Shown in pieces: positions 18,451-28,469 of a stretch of 64,000 nt of DNA. The stretch covers positions 4,832,001-4,896,000 of the forward strand of contig OZ245006.1 of the NCBI GenBank assembly GCA_965223545.1, read 5' to 3'. Source of the DNA: Planctomycetota bacterium (GTDB taxonomy: Bacteria > Planctomycetota > UBA1135 > UBA2386). Below the pieces are notes generated by a model, which made no database searches, was not told where the DNA came from, and was given only the letters and a program-made list of their open reading frames with translations. A program made the translations under genes and the position numbers. The first letter of the stretch is position 1. The number at the start of each line of letters is the position of its first letter.

Positions 18451-19899
18451 ATGAGTCGAATTTTCGGGTTTGGGGTTCTCGTGGTGTCGGCCGCAGTTCC
18501 GGCGCAATCTGCTCTGTTCCGCTATCAGCTGGACACGCCTGACAGGGCGACCTTCGCCCCCGCCGGAGATGCGGATGGCGACGGAGTGACGGATTGGTTC
18601 TTGCACCTGTCGTCGACTGCGGGCGATTCCGTCCACCTGTTCTCGGGAGCCGATGGCACCCTCGTCCGGACGCACCGCGCCTCTGTCCTTGCGGTTGCCG
18701 ATGCTCCTCTCGCCGACTTCAACGGTGACGGCCGCGCGGACTACGTGCTGGGGACTGCGTCGGCAGCCTCCGCGGTGTCCGGCGCGACGTCCCAGCCGCT
18801 GTACGGCGTCTCCTACAGCGGCACCGTACCGTTCGTCCGCGAGGCGCAACCGGTCGCGACCGGCGACGTCGATGGCGACGGCGTTCGCGACTTCGCTCTG
18901 GTGTACTCCTCTTCGGCGGGACCGACGCAGATTCAGCAGGTCTCCGCGCGCACCGGCCGTGTCTTGCTGAGCTACACGTCGTCCGCGGGTTTTGTCGGGA
19001 CCAGGCCGGTGTCGCTCGGTGACGTTGACGGTGACGGCGCGGTCGATTTCGGGGTCGTCGCTCTCGGCGGGCGGATCACAACGGTGACGGTTCACTCCAG
19101 CCGGACGGGAGCCGTCTTGGCGTCGCTCGTGAGCGCTGGACTCGCCGCGGCGGACGACGTCAACGGCGACGGGCGGGCCGAGTTCTTCACGATCGATCAG
19201 TCGCTCATGAATCCCGGGCTCGAATTGCGCGATGCGCTGTTGCCGACGCCGTTGGCGCGGTGGAGTCGGTTCGGCCCGCAGACCGTCGCCACCGTGGGTG
19301 ATCTCGATGGAGACGGGGTGCGTGATTTCACGATCGGTCGCGGCAGGGTTGCGACCTTCTACTCAGGCGCGACCCGGGCCACCCTGGCAACCCAGCCTCT
19401 GCTGTTCTACGGCGACTTCCGCGCGATGGGTGACGTCGACGGCGATGGTGCGGTCGACCTCGCGGTGATGTCGGCGCGCGATCTGTACCTGCACACTTCC
19501 GCGACCTTGGACCTGAGCGCGGACACGATGGCGCACAGTGCGTCGACCGCCAGTACCGTGGCACAGACTCTGGTGTTGGACGCCCCGGCCGCACTGGGCG
19601 GCGCGGTGTTCGCGATGTTCGGGTCGTTGTCGGGGACTCGCCCGGGCTTCTCGGTGGGGGGGCTGACGATCCCGCTCAACATTGATGCCTACACGGTGGT
19701 CACCGCGGGTTTGCCTGCCAATGGACTGCTTCAGCCACCGGTGGGGTTGCTCGATCCGCAAGGCGATGCCTGCGTGCTCGTGCTGGTGCCGCCGATCCCG
19801 GCGCTGGCGGGGAGGACTCTGCACCATGCGTACACCGTGCTGAACGCGGCGGGGCTGGTGCACGCCAGTCGGGCGGTGCCCTTCGCGCTGCTGCCCTGA
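18451..19899 (+). CDS. Secreted FG-GAP/VCBS-repeat protein with shared C-terminal domain
   Basis: Seven (G/A/D)D(V/L/F/A)(D/N)GDG..(D/E) Ca-binding repeats; signal peptide. Confidence 0.92.
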   Translation: MSRIFGFGVLVVSAAVPAQSALFRYQLDTPDRATFAPAGDADGDGVTDWFLHLSSTAGDSVHLFSGADGTLVRTHRASVLAVADAPLADFNGDGRADYVLGTASAASAVSGATSQPLYGVSYSGTVPFVREAQPVATGDVDGDGVRDFALVYSSSAGPTQIQQVSARTGRVLLSYTSSAGFVGTRPVSLGDVDGDGAVDFGVVALGGRITTVTVHSSRTGAVLASLVSAGLAAADDVNGDGRAEFFTIDQSLMNPGLELRDALLPTPLARWSRFGPQTVATVGDLDGDGVRDFTIGRGRVATFYSGATRATLATQPLLFYGDFRAMGDVDGDGAVDLAVMSARDLYLHTSATLDLSADTMAHSASTASTVAQTLVLDAPAALGGAVFAMFGSLSGTRPGFSVGGLTIPLNIDAYTVVTAGLPANGLLQPPVGLLDPQGDACVLVLVPPIPALAGRTLHHAYTVLNAAGLVHASRAVPFALLP

Positions 19900-19932
19900 G
19901 GCAGCGCCGCCTCGCGGCGCAGGAATGATCGG

Positions 19933-20289
19933 TCAGCGGCTCGCCGGCAGGCCTGGAAGGCGCGCGAGCTGCGCCTCCAGGTCGGCGAGTTCGCGCCGCG
20001 CTTGCAGCAGCGGGCTCGCCTGCTCGCTGTAGCGCTGGGCGAGCCGCGCGACCTCGCGTTGGGCCAAGAGATGTTGCCGCTGCAAGTCGGCGACGAGCGC
20101 GCGCTCCTCGCGCTCGCCCATGAGCTTCGCCAGCAGGCCGAGCTCCCGGCGGAGTTCGTCGATCTGCGTGGCCAGCGCGTCCATGGAGCGGGTCAACGGG
20201 GTGGCGTCGGTGGCAAGTGCGTCGGTTGTCGGTGCTGTTTGGCAGGCAGCGATCGCGAGAATGGCAAGCAGAGGTAGAGCGCGGGACAT
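19933..20289 (-). CDS. Small coiled-coil lipoprotein
   Basis: Lipobox LAIAAC; heptad-rich helix; RY.E..P...ARRELA.LE resembles the polysaccharide co-polymerase coil. Confidence 0.7.
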   Translation of the reverse strand: MSRALPLLAILAIAACQTAPTTDALATDATPLTRSMDALATQIDELRRELGLLAKLMGEREERALVADLQRQHLLAQREVARLAQRYSEQASPLLQARRELADLEAQLARLPGLPASR

Positions 20290-20337
20290 GGCCCGATCGT
20301 AGCGTCGCGCCGGAGCGCTGCGCGGTTGCGGTGCGCG

Positions 20338-21504
20338 CTACCCCTCGACCCGGTGCGCGGCGACGAATTCCTCGCGCGGAGTGATGCCGAGTCCCGGCCG
20401 CGTCGGCGCCGGCACGCGGCCGTCGACCGGCGTCCAGTCTTCTTCGATCAAGTCGTGCAGCAGTGGATTCGCGCCCATGCCGAACTCGAGGGTGACCGCG
20501 CTCGGGCTGGCGAAGGCCACGTGCACGCCGGCGGCGGTGCACGCAGCACCGCCCCACAGGTGGGGAGCGAGCTGCAGCCGGTGTGCCGACGCGAGCGCGG
20601 CGATGCGCTGCATCTCGGTGATGCCGCCGACGATCGCGGCGTCGGGTTGCAGCACGTCGACCGCGCGGTGCTCGATCAGCTCGAGGACATCGAAGCGCGT
20701 CGATTCGCTCTCGCCGTAGGCAATCGGGGTGCCGGTGGCGGCGCGCACCGCGGCGGCGCCGCGGCGGTCGTCGCTGGCGACCGGCTCCTCGAGCCAGCGC
20801 AGGCCGAGCTCTTCGGTGGCGCGGCAGAACTGCTTGGCCTCGGGCACCGAGAAGGTGCCGTGCGCGTCGACCATCAGCGCGACCGTCGGTGGCAGCGCTT
20901 CGCGGGCGCGGCGCACGCGGGCGACGCTGGTGGCGACCGCGCCGTCCATGACGCCGGCGCGCATCTTCACCGCGGCAAAGCCCTGGTCGACGTAGCTGGA
21001 GAGCTCGGCGCCGATGCCGTCGGCGTCGGCCCAGCCGCCGCTGGCGTAGGCCGGCAGGGAGTCGCGGCACGCGCCGCCCAACAGGCTCGCCACCGGCACG
21101 CTGAGGCGCTTGCCGAGGAGGTCCCACAGGGCGATGTCGATGCCGCCGATCGCGGCGACGTGCAGCCCGCGCCGGCCGAGCCGCGAGAACGGCCGTCCGT
21201 GTTGCAGCGCGTAGTGGGCGCGCTCGGCGTTGTGCATCCGCTCCCACAGCTTGGTGATCGCGCCGGAGTCCTCGCCGATCAGCGCCGGCGCGAGCTCTTG
21301 CTCGATGCAGGTGACCAGCGCGGCGCAGTGCCCGGCGCTGCCGACGGCGCTCTTGGCCTCGCCCCAGCCGACCGCGCCGTCGTCGGCCTCGACGCGCACC
21401 AGGACCCCGTCGAAGGTGCGCAGCCGGCCGAAGTCCGAGGTGTGCTGCCGTTCCTCCGGCAGGGGGCAGCGCAGCCAGATGGCCTCGATGGCGCGGATCT
21501 TCAT
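20338..21504 (-). CDS. Mandelate racemase/muconate lactonizing enzyme family (probable sugar-acid dehydratase)
   Basis: G.VGWGE, AIGGIDIALWDLLGK, K.R, LMVDAH, WLEEP, GESE, QPD, APH. Confidence 0.93.
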   Translation of the reverse strand: MKIRAIEAIWLRCPLPEERQHTSDFGRLRTFDGVLVRVEADDGAVGWGEAKSAVGSAGHCAALVTCIEQELAPALIGEDSGAITKLWERMHNAERAHYALQHGRPFSRLGRRGLHVAAIGGIDIALWDLLGKRLSVPVASLLGGACRDSLPAYASGGWADADGIGAELSSYVDQGFAAVKMRAGVMDGAVATSVARVRRAREALPPTVALMVDAHGTFSVPEAKQFCRATEELGLRWLEEPVASDDRRGAAAVRAATGTPIAYGESESTRFDVLELIEHRAVDVLQPDAAIVGGITEMQRIAALASAHRLQLAPHLWGGAACTAAGVHVAFASPSAVTLEFGMGANPLLHDLIEEDWTPVDGRVPAPTRPGLGITPREEFVAAHRVEG

Positions 21505-21515
21505 GCCACGACGCT

Positions 21516-22403
21516 TCAGCGAATCAGCGGCAGCAGGGTCTCCGCCGCGGTGGCGACCTGGCGCTCGTAGAACGCCTCGGTGAGCACGCTGCTGCCGTGC
21601 TCCTCGACGTAGCGGCGCAGATCTTCGGGCAGCCCGCGCGGGTCGGGATCGACCGCGTCGGGAAACGGGTTGGCCGGGGTGCGATCGATGGGCGGGCAGA
21701 ACTCGAGCGACAGGGGCCCTTGGTAGCCGACGGCGTCGAGCGTCTGCACGATCTTCGGCCAATCCAGCGTGCCCATGCCCGGCGCCATCCGATTGTTGTC
21801 GGCGGCGTGGAAGTCGCACAGCCGGTCCTTGGCGGCGTGGATCGCTGCGTAGATGTCGGTCTCCTCGATGTTCATGTGGAACACGTCGAGGCAGACACCG
21901 CAGTCGGGGCCGACGGCTTCGGCCAGGGCGATCGCCTGGGCACCGCGGTTGATGAAGTAGGTCTCGAAGCGATTGATCGGCTCGATGGCCATGCGCACGC
22001 CGCGGTGTTGCGCGTGGTCGTAGATCTCGCGCAGCCCCTCGACCGCCCAGGCCCATTCCTGCTCCGGCGGCGCATCGGGCATGATCTTGCCGACCGTGCC
22101 CGGCACGATCGACATCTCTTCGCCGTCGAGCTCGGACACCATGGTGATGCAGTCCTTCATGTAGTCGACGGTGGTCGCGCGCACCGAGGCGTCGGCGGCG
22201 AGCAGATTGCGACCGGGCATCATCAGCGTCACCGCGCCGAAGCAGCGCATGCCGAGCTCGGCCAGCAGTGCCCGGATCGCGGCGGTGTCGTGCCGGTCGG
22301 GCTCGCCGCTGATTTCGATGGCTTCGATGCCGTGCTTGGCCATCCGGCGGAGCGCCTGCTCCACCGGTTCGACGCGCATCCAGTTGTGCATCGCGAGATA
22401 CAT
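21516..22403 (-). CDS. Sugar phosphate isomerase/epimerase (xylose-isomerase-like TIM barrel, ketose 3-epimerase-like)
   Basis: IEPINRFET, LDVFHMNIEE, HAADNNR.APG.G.LDW, GYQG.LSLE; AGGAG RBS. Confidence 0.92.
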   Translation of the reverse strand: MYLAMHNWMRVEPVEQALRRMAKHGIEAIEISGEPDRHDTAAIRALLAELGMRCFGAVTLMMPGRNLLAADASVRATTVDYMKDCITMVSELDGEEMSIVPGTVGKIMPDAPPEQEWAWAVEGLREIYDHAQHRGVRMAIEPINRFETYFINRGAQAIALAEAVGPDCGVCLDVFHMNIEETDIYAAIHAAKDRLCDFHAADNNRMAPGMGTLDWPKIVQTLDAVGYQGPLSLEFCPPIDRTPANPFPDAVDPDPRGLPEDLRRYVEEHGSSVLTEAFYERQVATAAETLLPLIR

Positions 22404-22543
22404 GGCGAGCTCCTGCGGTCCAAGTTCGAGACGGGCGAAGCCACCATACCGGCGCGCGGTGGGCCGACAAGGCACGCCCATTCGCGGTGCCGCGCTGCAG
22501 ATGTGCTGAGGGTGTACCGATAGGTCGAACGGAGAAGACTTCG

Positions 22544-22963
22544 ATGGGAAAGGTCACCGCACTGCTGACCGTCGCCGCGCTCGGGTTGGGCGGCTACTGG
22601 GCCTACGACAACCGCGCGTGGATTGCCGCCGAGCTGGGCCTGGGCGAGCTGTCGCCGACGGTGCTGCGCGCGACCGACGCCGCCAAGTCGTCGTACACCC
22701 TGGGCAGTCATGCCTCGAACTACCAGATCCTCGAGCGCCAGCGCCGTGACAGCGGAGGCCGCACGGTCACGGATTGGGTCGCCGAGGAGCATGCCAGCGG
22801 CGCGATCCTGGTCGACTTCGCCTACCGCGTTCCCGACGAAGAGAAGGACCGCCGGTTCACCTTCGAGGTGAGCCGCAGTGCGCAGCACGTCACCCTCGTG
22901 CAAGGCGACGAAGCCCTGGAGCGCAAGTACGGCTTGGCACCGCCGGCAGAGCCAGGGCAGTAG
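22544..22963 (+). CDS. Hypothetical protein with N-terminal membrane anchor
   Basis: GGAG RBS; hydrophobic N-terminus; GC3 bias. Confidence 0.7.
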   Translation: MGKVTALLTVAALGLGGYWAYDNRAWIAAELGLGELSPTVLRATDAAKSSYTLGSHASNYQILERQRRDSGGRTVTDWVAEEHASGAILVDFAYRVPDEEKDRRFTFEVSRSAQHVTLVQGDEALERKYGLAPPAEPGQ

Positions 22964-22970
22964 CGCCGCC

Positions 22971-23819
22971 TCAGCCGGTCAACTTCGCCATCGCCTGCAG
23001 CGCCGCGAACCCACACAGCAGCCCGCCGGCCAAGAACACGGCGCGCGCCGGGTGGCGGCACTCTGCCAGCAGCGGCTTCAAGAACGCCACCAGCGGGCGC
23101 GGCCGCGCCGCGAGCACGCACGAGACCGCGATCAGCCAGAGACCGACCGGCGCGATCAAGTAGTGGCCGCTGCGCACCACGTGCTGGAACGTGGCGACCG
23201 GGTCGAAGTGCGACAGCCGGATGCATGCGATGCGCTCGGCGGCCCACGCCAACTCGATCGGCAGCTGCAGGGCGAGCTCGGGGTTGGCGACCACCGCGTC
23301 GGCGGCGAACCGTACCGCGATCGCCGGCCAGACCACGGCGGCCGTGAGCAGCGGAACGTAGACCACCAGCATCGCCGGCCACCGCAGCCACTGTTGCGCG
23401 GCGTGCGTCGCATCGGCGCGTTGGCTCGCGCTGAGCGAATACGAGGCGCGGGCGGCGACGAAGGCGCCGAGCACGCCGATCCACCAGTACGGCGGCAGCG
23501 CGAACGCCAGCATGAGCAGACCCAGCGACAGGTAGGCGAGGTGCCAGTCCTGGCGCTCGGGCAGCACCGATGCGGCCGGCGGACGGTCGGCCGCGGGCGC
23601 CGCCAGCGCTCCCCATCCGGCCGGCTCGCCGATTCGTTCGAGCACCGCTTGCAGCACCGGCGCCGACACCGGCTCGCGCGAACCGGCGAGGGCGACCTCG
23701 ATGTGGTCGCGCACGTCGCGTTCGACCTCCGCCGCATCGGCGCTGCCGCGCAGCGCACGGCGCAGGCCGTCGAGATAGCCGTCGAGGAGTGGGCGGGCTT
23801 GGGCGTGAAGGCGCTTCAT
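22971..23819 (-). CDS. HAAS-domain (DUF1700-like) membrane protein, PadR partner
   Basis: YL..LRRAL......EV..DVRDHI..AL...VLERIGEP followed by TM helices; ATGA overlap with PadR gene. Confidence 0.8.
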   Translation of the reverse strand: MKRLHAQARPLLDGYLDGLRRALRGSADAAEVERDVRDHIEVALAGSREPVSAPVLQAVLERIGEPAGWGALAAPAADRPPAASVLPERQDWHLAYLSLGLLMLAFALPPYWWIGVLGAFVAARASYSLSASQRADATHAAQQWLRWPAMLVVYVPLLTAAVVWPAIAVRFAADAVVANPELALQLPIELAWAAERIACIRLSHFDPVATFQHVVRSGHYLIAPVGLWLIAVSCVLAARPRPLVAFLKPLLAECRHPARAVFLAGGLLCGFAALQAMAKLTG

Positions 23820-24160
23820 TTGGTGGACTCCGTCAGCGTGGTGATCTGCGTGGTCAGTCGTCTCCAGTAGGCATTCATGCCGCGCAAGGCGGCGCGGCCG
23901 GCCGGCGTCAACGAGTAGTACTTGCGCGGCGGTCCCTGCTCCGACTCGCGGATGGTGGCTTCGAGCAGTCCCTCCCGCCGCAGCCGGCTGAGGATCGGGT
24001 AGACGGTGCCCTCCTGGACGACGAGCCCGTCGACCGCGCTGAGCGCGCGCACCAGGTCGTAGCCGTATTGGGCGCCGCGGCACAGGGAGTTGAGCAGGCA
24101 GAGCTCGAGCAAGCCCTTGCGCAGCTGCGTCACCCAGTTGGCCGGCACTGGATCCGACAT
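23816..24160 (-). CDS. PadR-family transcriptional regulator
   Basis: QLRKGLLELCLL, YGYDL, EGTVYPILSRL, GPPRKYYSLT..G. Confidence 0.95.
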   Translation of the reverse strand: MSDPVPANWVTQLRKGLLELCLLNSLCRGAQYGYDLVRALSAVDGLVVQEGTVYPILSRLRREGLLEATIRESEQGPPRKYYSLTPAGRAALRGMNAYWRRLTTQITTLTESTK

Positions 24161-24168
24161 GGCCCCAC

Positions 24169-24196
24169 TACTATGCGATGCCAGGTATCTTGTCAA
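24169..24196 (-). promoter_or_regulatory. Putative sigma70 promoter with overlapping PadR-type operator
   Basis: TTGACA on minus strand (24196..24191); imperfect palindrome TAC-N3-GC-N3-GC-N3-GTA at 24169..24187 just upstream of the PadR ATG. Confidence 0.55.
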
Positions 24197-24229
24197 GTGG
24201 AGAACCGCTGGACGCCACAGGGCCTGAGG

Positions 24230-25087
24230 TCAGCCGGCGAGGAACGGCGCGAGCTGAGCGGCTACCGCTGCCGGCGACTCGAGGTGCACATGGTGTCCGC
24301 CGTCGATCTCGGCGATTCGCAGCGCGCGCATCGTCGCTGCGACGCGGTCCAGGACACCGGGCGGAAACCGGTAGCCGCCGCGCGGGCGCAACAGCAGGGC
24401 CGGGCACTGCACCGCTGCCAAGAACGCCTGCATGTGTGCGTCGGCCAAGCGCAGCGGCGGGCCCACGGCGATGCGCGGGTCGCGGGCCCAAGTCCAACCG
24501 CCGTCGTCGAGTTGCCGCGTGGCGCGGGTGGCGAGCAAGGCGGCGGCCGCAGCGGGCAGGTCCAGCGCCTCGGCGAGCCGCGCCGCGGCTGCTTCGATGC
24601 GGTCGAACCGCCGGGTCTCACGGGCGGCATTGGCGTCGCGACGACCGACGAACTCGGCCAGCCGCGCCGGTGCCTCCGCCGCCGGTTGGGTGCGCGGGCT
24701 GACGCCGTCGATCAGCGCGAGCCGAGTCACCCGCGTGGGCCAGCTGCCGGCGAGGGCGACACCCAAGCCGGCGCCGAGCGAGTGGCCCAGGATCGCGCAG
24801 CGATCCCAGCCCAGCGCGTCGCACGCGTCGCGCACGTCCACGACCCAGTCGAGGAACTGGTAGTTGGTGCCGGGGGGCAGCCAGTCCGACCGGCCGTGAC
24901 CGGTGAGGTCGAGGGCGACCACCCGCAGATCGGCGAGCAGAGGTGCCAGGGTCGCGAACGATGCCGCCGAGTCCATCCAGCCGTGCAGCGCCAGCACGCG
25001 CGCCCCGTCTTTCGGACCGAAGGCCAGCGCCGCGAGGCGCCGGTGCGGCAGCTGGAGCGAGAGCTCGGTGACCCCCGCCGCGGTCAC
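24230..25087 (-). CDS. Alpha/beta hydrolase
   Basis: LHGWMDSAASF, LDLTGHGRS, GHSLGA, GGHHVH. Confidence 0.93.
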   Translation of the reverse strand: MTAAGVTELSLQLPHRRLAALAFGPKDGARVLALHGWMDSAASFATLAPLLADLRVVALDLTGHGRSDWLPPGTNYQFLDWVVDVRDACDALGWDRCAILGHSLGAGLGVALAGSWPTRVTRLALIDGVSPRTQPAAEAPARLAEFVGRRDANAARETRRFDRIEAAAARLAEALDLPAAAAALLATRATRQLDDGGWTWARDPRIAVGPPLRLADAHMQAFLAAVQCPALLLRPRGGYRFPPGVLDRVAATMRALRIAEIDGGHHVHLESPAAVAAQLAPFLAG

Positions 25088-26181
25088 GCCTTCTCCACGA
25101 GCTCGAGGAAGCGGCGCAGGTGATCGGCATAGCCCGCCGGGTCGGTCACCCAGACGCGGCCGTGCGTCGCCGTTGGATGCATCCACAGCAGCTTGGCCTC
25201 GGCACGGGTGGGCAGGCTGTCGAAGAGTGCGTGCACCGCGGTGGGTGGCACGCGACGGTCTTGGCCGCCGCCGACCAGCAGCACCGGTGTCGTCGGCGGC
25301 AGCTGGCGCAGGCCGTCGCCCGGACAACAGTCGGCGAAGCGAACGCCGGACCACAGCTGCAGGCTCTGCAGCACCAGCCAGCGGAAGGGGTGCGGCAAGT
25401 GGAGGCCGCGGCGTCCGGGCTTCGGCGCCGTGGCGAACATGCGGTCGGCGGTTTGCAGCACCGAGTCGATCGGTGCGTCGAGGATCACGCCGTCGACGCG
25501 CGGCAAGTGCGGCAGGGCCATGCCGATCGCGGCGGTGCCCAGGCTGACGCCGAACAGCACGAACGGCACGTCGGCGCTTCCCGGTCGAGAGCGCACCCAG
25601 TCCGCTGCGGCGATGACGTCTTGCGCCTCCCCGGCGCCGAACGTGGTGACGGCTTCGCCGCTGCCGCCGTGGTTGCGCAGCTCGAGCAGCAGCACCGCGC
25701 AGCCCAGTTCGCGCAGCATCGCGCCGACCGGCTCCAGCTCCAGGCCGCCGCGAAACAGACCGTGGACCATGACCACCGTCGCGCGCGCCGGCGAGCGCGT
25801 CGGCGGCACCCAAAACGCCCGCAGCGACAAGCCGTCGCCCGCGGTCAGGGTCACGGTTTCGCCGAGCGGATCGCCCCGGTCATCGCCCGCTGCCAGCGAC
25901 GCGCGGGTCTGCACCAGCCAGCTGCCGTCGGCGTCCGCCCGCGGACCGGTGTAGCCGGCTTCGTCGCGCCGCGTTCCCGCCATGTGGCTGCCCAGCCAGC
26001 CGAATGTCAGCGGGACGGTCAGGCCGAGGTGCAGCACGGCCAGCCCGAGGTGAGCCCACAGCACGCGCCGCCAGAAGCGCGTGGGCCGAACTCCGGCCAG
26101 GTACAGCACCGTCCAGAGCACGACCGCCAGGAGCAAGGTGCAGACGAGCAGTGCGCCGGCGACCATCAGGTAGAAGCTCAC
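25084..26181 (-). CDS. Membrane-anchored alpha/beta hydrolase
   Basis: Two N-terminal TM helices; VHG, LRNHGGS, GVSLG nucleophile elbow, G.QDRRVP, ATHG. Confidence 0.88.
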   Translation of the reverse strand: MSFYLMVAGALLVCTLLLAVVLWTVLYLAGVRPTRFWRRVLWAHLGLAVLHLGLTVPLTFGWLGSHMAGTRRDEAGYTGPRADADGSWLVQTRASLAAGDDRGDPLGETVTLTAGDGLSLRAFWVPPTRSPARATVVMVHGLFRGGLELEPVGAMLRELGCAVLLLELRNHGGSGEAVTTFGAGEAQDVIAAADWVRSRPGSADVPFVLFGVSLGTAAIGMALPHLPRVDGVILDAPIDSVLQTADRMFATAPKPGRRGLHLPHPFRWLVLQSLQLWSGVRFADCCPGDGLRQLPPTTPVLLVGGGQDRRVPPTAVHALFDSLPTRAEAKLLWMHPTATHGRVWVTDPAGYADHLRRFLELVEKA

Positions 26182-26300
26182 GCTCGTGTCATACGCGACC
26201 CTGTCATCGGCCGCCAATCCACCTCGCAGTTGGGCGTGCACCTTGCCGCGGTGCCTGCTAGCGTGCGCGTCTTCGCGCAACCGCGTGCGGAGGTCCACCG

Positions 26301-27095
26301 ATGACCGCCCAGGAAGCTTGCCGGCGTTCGACCCTGTTGTTGCTGGGTCGAGATCACTGCACCTATGGCCATCACGTCGTGGCGCGCTGCGGCGATCGCG
26401 CGCGCGGGGCGATCTCGGTGGGGGCCGACGTCGACTCCCCGGCACGCGAGTACAAGGGCGACCTCGCGGTGCCCAACGAGGACGCCGCGCTGGCGATCGA
26501 CGAGGGCGACCGCGTGCTGCTTGCGGTGGCTGATGCGCACTTCGGCCACCAGTCGAGCCATGACCTGCTGCGCGCGCTGGTGCTCGAGGCCGCGCCAGTG
26601 CCCGCCAACCCAGCGGAGCTCGAGCGCGTGCTGGCGCGGGTCGCGGCGCAGCCTGCGCGGCAGGACTACGCCTCCGAGACGTCGTTCGCGGTGGCGGTGC
26701 TCGACCGGCGGGAGGGCCGCGGCTTCGGCTGGTCGTTCGGCGACAGCAGCATCGCGCTAGTCGGTGCGGACCTCGATGCCGACCCCTTGCACCGCCGCGA
26801 GATGGCGTTCGTGTCCCCGGTGCGGCCGGAGAGCCTCGCCTTCGATCGCGGCCACCGGTTCGCGTTCGCCGCGGGTAGCGGTGAGGCAATGCTGGCGTAC
26901 ACCGACGGGATCGACGAGTGCCACTATCGCAGCCCGGAGACCTCGGTCACGCCGGCGTTGATTCGCGCCGAGTGGTGCGCGGCGGCGGGCAACCTCGATG
27001 CGTTCCTGGACGGTGTCGTCCGGCGAGCGCTGCGCGGTGTCGACGGTCACCCGGGTGGGCAGGACAACATCGCGATCCTCGCCGCGGCGGTTTGA
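26301..27095 (+). CDS. PP2C-family protein phosphatase-like protein
   Basis: PNEDA, LAVADAHFG, GDS, YTDGI, GGQDNIAI. Confidence 0.88.
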   Translation: MTAQEACRRSTLLLLGRDHCTYGHHVVARCGDRARGAISVGADVDSPAREYKGDLAVPNEDAALAIDEGDRVLLAVADAHFGHQSSHDLLRALVLEAAPVPANPAELERVLARVAAQPARQDYASETSFAVAVLDRREGRGFGWSFGDSSIALVGADLDADPLHRREMAFVSPVRPESLAFDRGHRFAFAAGSGEAMLAYTDGIDECHYRSPETSVTPALIRAEWCAAAGNLDAFLDGVVRRALRGVDGHPGGQDNIAILAAAV

Positions 27096-27122
27096 CGCGA
27101 CGGCCACCTCGCGCGATCGGCC

Positions 27123-28469
27123 TCAGCGAAACTGCCGCAACGCTGGGTCCGGCGACGGCATCGCGTCCAGTGCGCGGCGCAACCGTGTGTGCACGTCTCG
27201 CAGGGCGCTGTCCTCGGCTGTTGGCAGCGGCGCCTGTTCGTCGGGATCTTCGCGCATATCGAACAGCCGGCCGTCGTCGTAGAGCTTGTAGCGTGCACTG
27301 CGCGCGAACCGGATCGCGGTTTCCTCGGGGCGCGACAATGGCCGCGGCCAGTAGTGGAACGCACGCACGCGTCCCGCGTCGACCGGCCCACCGCGCAGGA
27401 GCGGGACCAAGCTCTCCCCGTCGAGAGCGATCTCGTCGGGCCAGTCGGCGCCGCTGACCTCGAGCAGCGTCGGCAGCACGTCGGCGAAGTCGATCAGCTG
27501 GTCGCATTCGCTGCCGGCCTCGATGACCCCCGGCCAGTACGCGATGAACGGGACGTGCGTACCGCGGTCGGTCGTGCTGCCCTTGCCGCCGGACACCGTG
27601 CCGGCGGCCGTCTGCGAGTCGATCTTGCGGTGCGTGCCGTTGTCGCTGGTAAACAGCAGCAGGGTGTTCTCGGCATGGCCGGTCTCGCGCAGGATGTCGG
27701 CGATTGCGCCGACCAGCGCGTCCAGCTTGGCGACCATCGAGGCGAAGTGCTCCGGCCCGCGATCCTCCGCATCGGGCGGTGGCGCGCCATCACGCGGCGC
27801 GGCAACGAACGGCGAGTGGACCAGCGCCATCGGCCAGTACAGCAGGAACGGGCGCTCGGTGGTTTCACGGATGAATTGCTCGGCGTAGGCAGCGAACCGA
27901 TCCGGGCCGTAGTGCGCCGCGGCGAGCTCCGCCGTGACGCCGTCGGTGGTGAGGGTCGGGCGCCAGTAGCGGTGGCCGAGGGTGCGCACCTGCCACAGGC
28001 AGTGCCGCGCGAAGCCCGCATCCTCGGGCATCGCGCCGGCGTCTTGCCGCGGCGGTCCGTACAGCTCGGTGCCGCGCAGCTGCCACTTGCCGATGACCGC
28101 GGTGTCGTAGCCGGCGTCGGCGAGCGCGTGGCCAAAGGTGCGCTGGCTGGGATCGAGCACGCCGAACGCGACGTAGTTGCGCGCGTTGCTGCGGCCGGTC
28201 ATCAGCTTGACCCGACTGGGCGTGCACAGCGGTTGGCTGTGGCACTGGGTGAACCGCATCCCGCCGGCGGCCAGCGCGTCGATGCGCGGCGTCTCGTAGC
28301 CCGTGCCGCCGTAGCAGCCAAAGGCCTCGACGCCGACGTCATCGGCGAGGATCAACACGACGTTGGGCGGCCGCGCAGCGGACTGTGCCGCCGCCGCGGC
28401 GATCAGGATCGACCCGGCGGCGGCTTCACGCGCCCCGCGTCGCCATCTCGGTGCCGATGTGAATGCCAA
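27123..28469 (-). CDS. Arylsulfatase-family sulfatase (start codon uncertain)
   Basis: PNVVLILADD, CTPSR formylglycine motif followed by LMTGR, GKW, LVHSPF, FTSDNG, GGKG. Confidence 0.92.
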   Translation of the reverse strand: MAFTSAPRWRRGAREAAAGSILIAAAAAQSAARPPNVVLILADDVGVEAFGCYGGTGYETPRIDALAAGGMRFTQCHSQPLCTPSRVKLMTGRSNARNYVAFGVLDPSQRTFGHALADAGYDTAVIGKWQLRGTELYGPPRQDAGAMPEDAGFARHCLWQVRTLGHRYWRPTLTTDGVTAELAAAHYGPDRFAAYAEQFIRETTERPFLLYWPMALVHSPFVAAPRDGAPPPDAEDRGPEHFASMVAKLDALVGAIADILRETGHAENTLLLFTSDNGTHRKIDSQTAAGTVSGGKGSTTDRGTHVPFIAYWPGVIEAGSECDQLIDFADVLPTLLEVSGADWPDEIALDGESLVPLLRGGPVDAGRVRAFHYWPRPLSRPEETAIRFARSARYKLYDDGRLFDMREDPDEQAPLPTAEDSALRDVHTRLRRALDAMPSPDPALRQFR

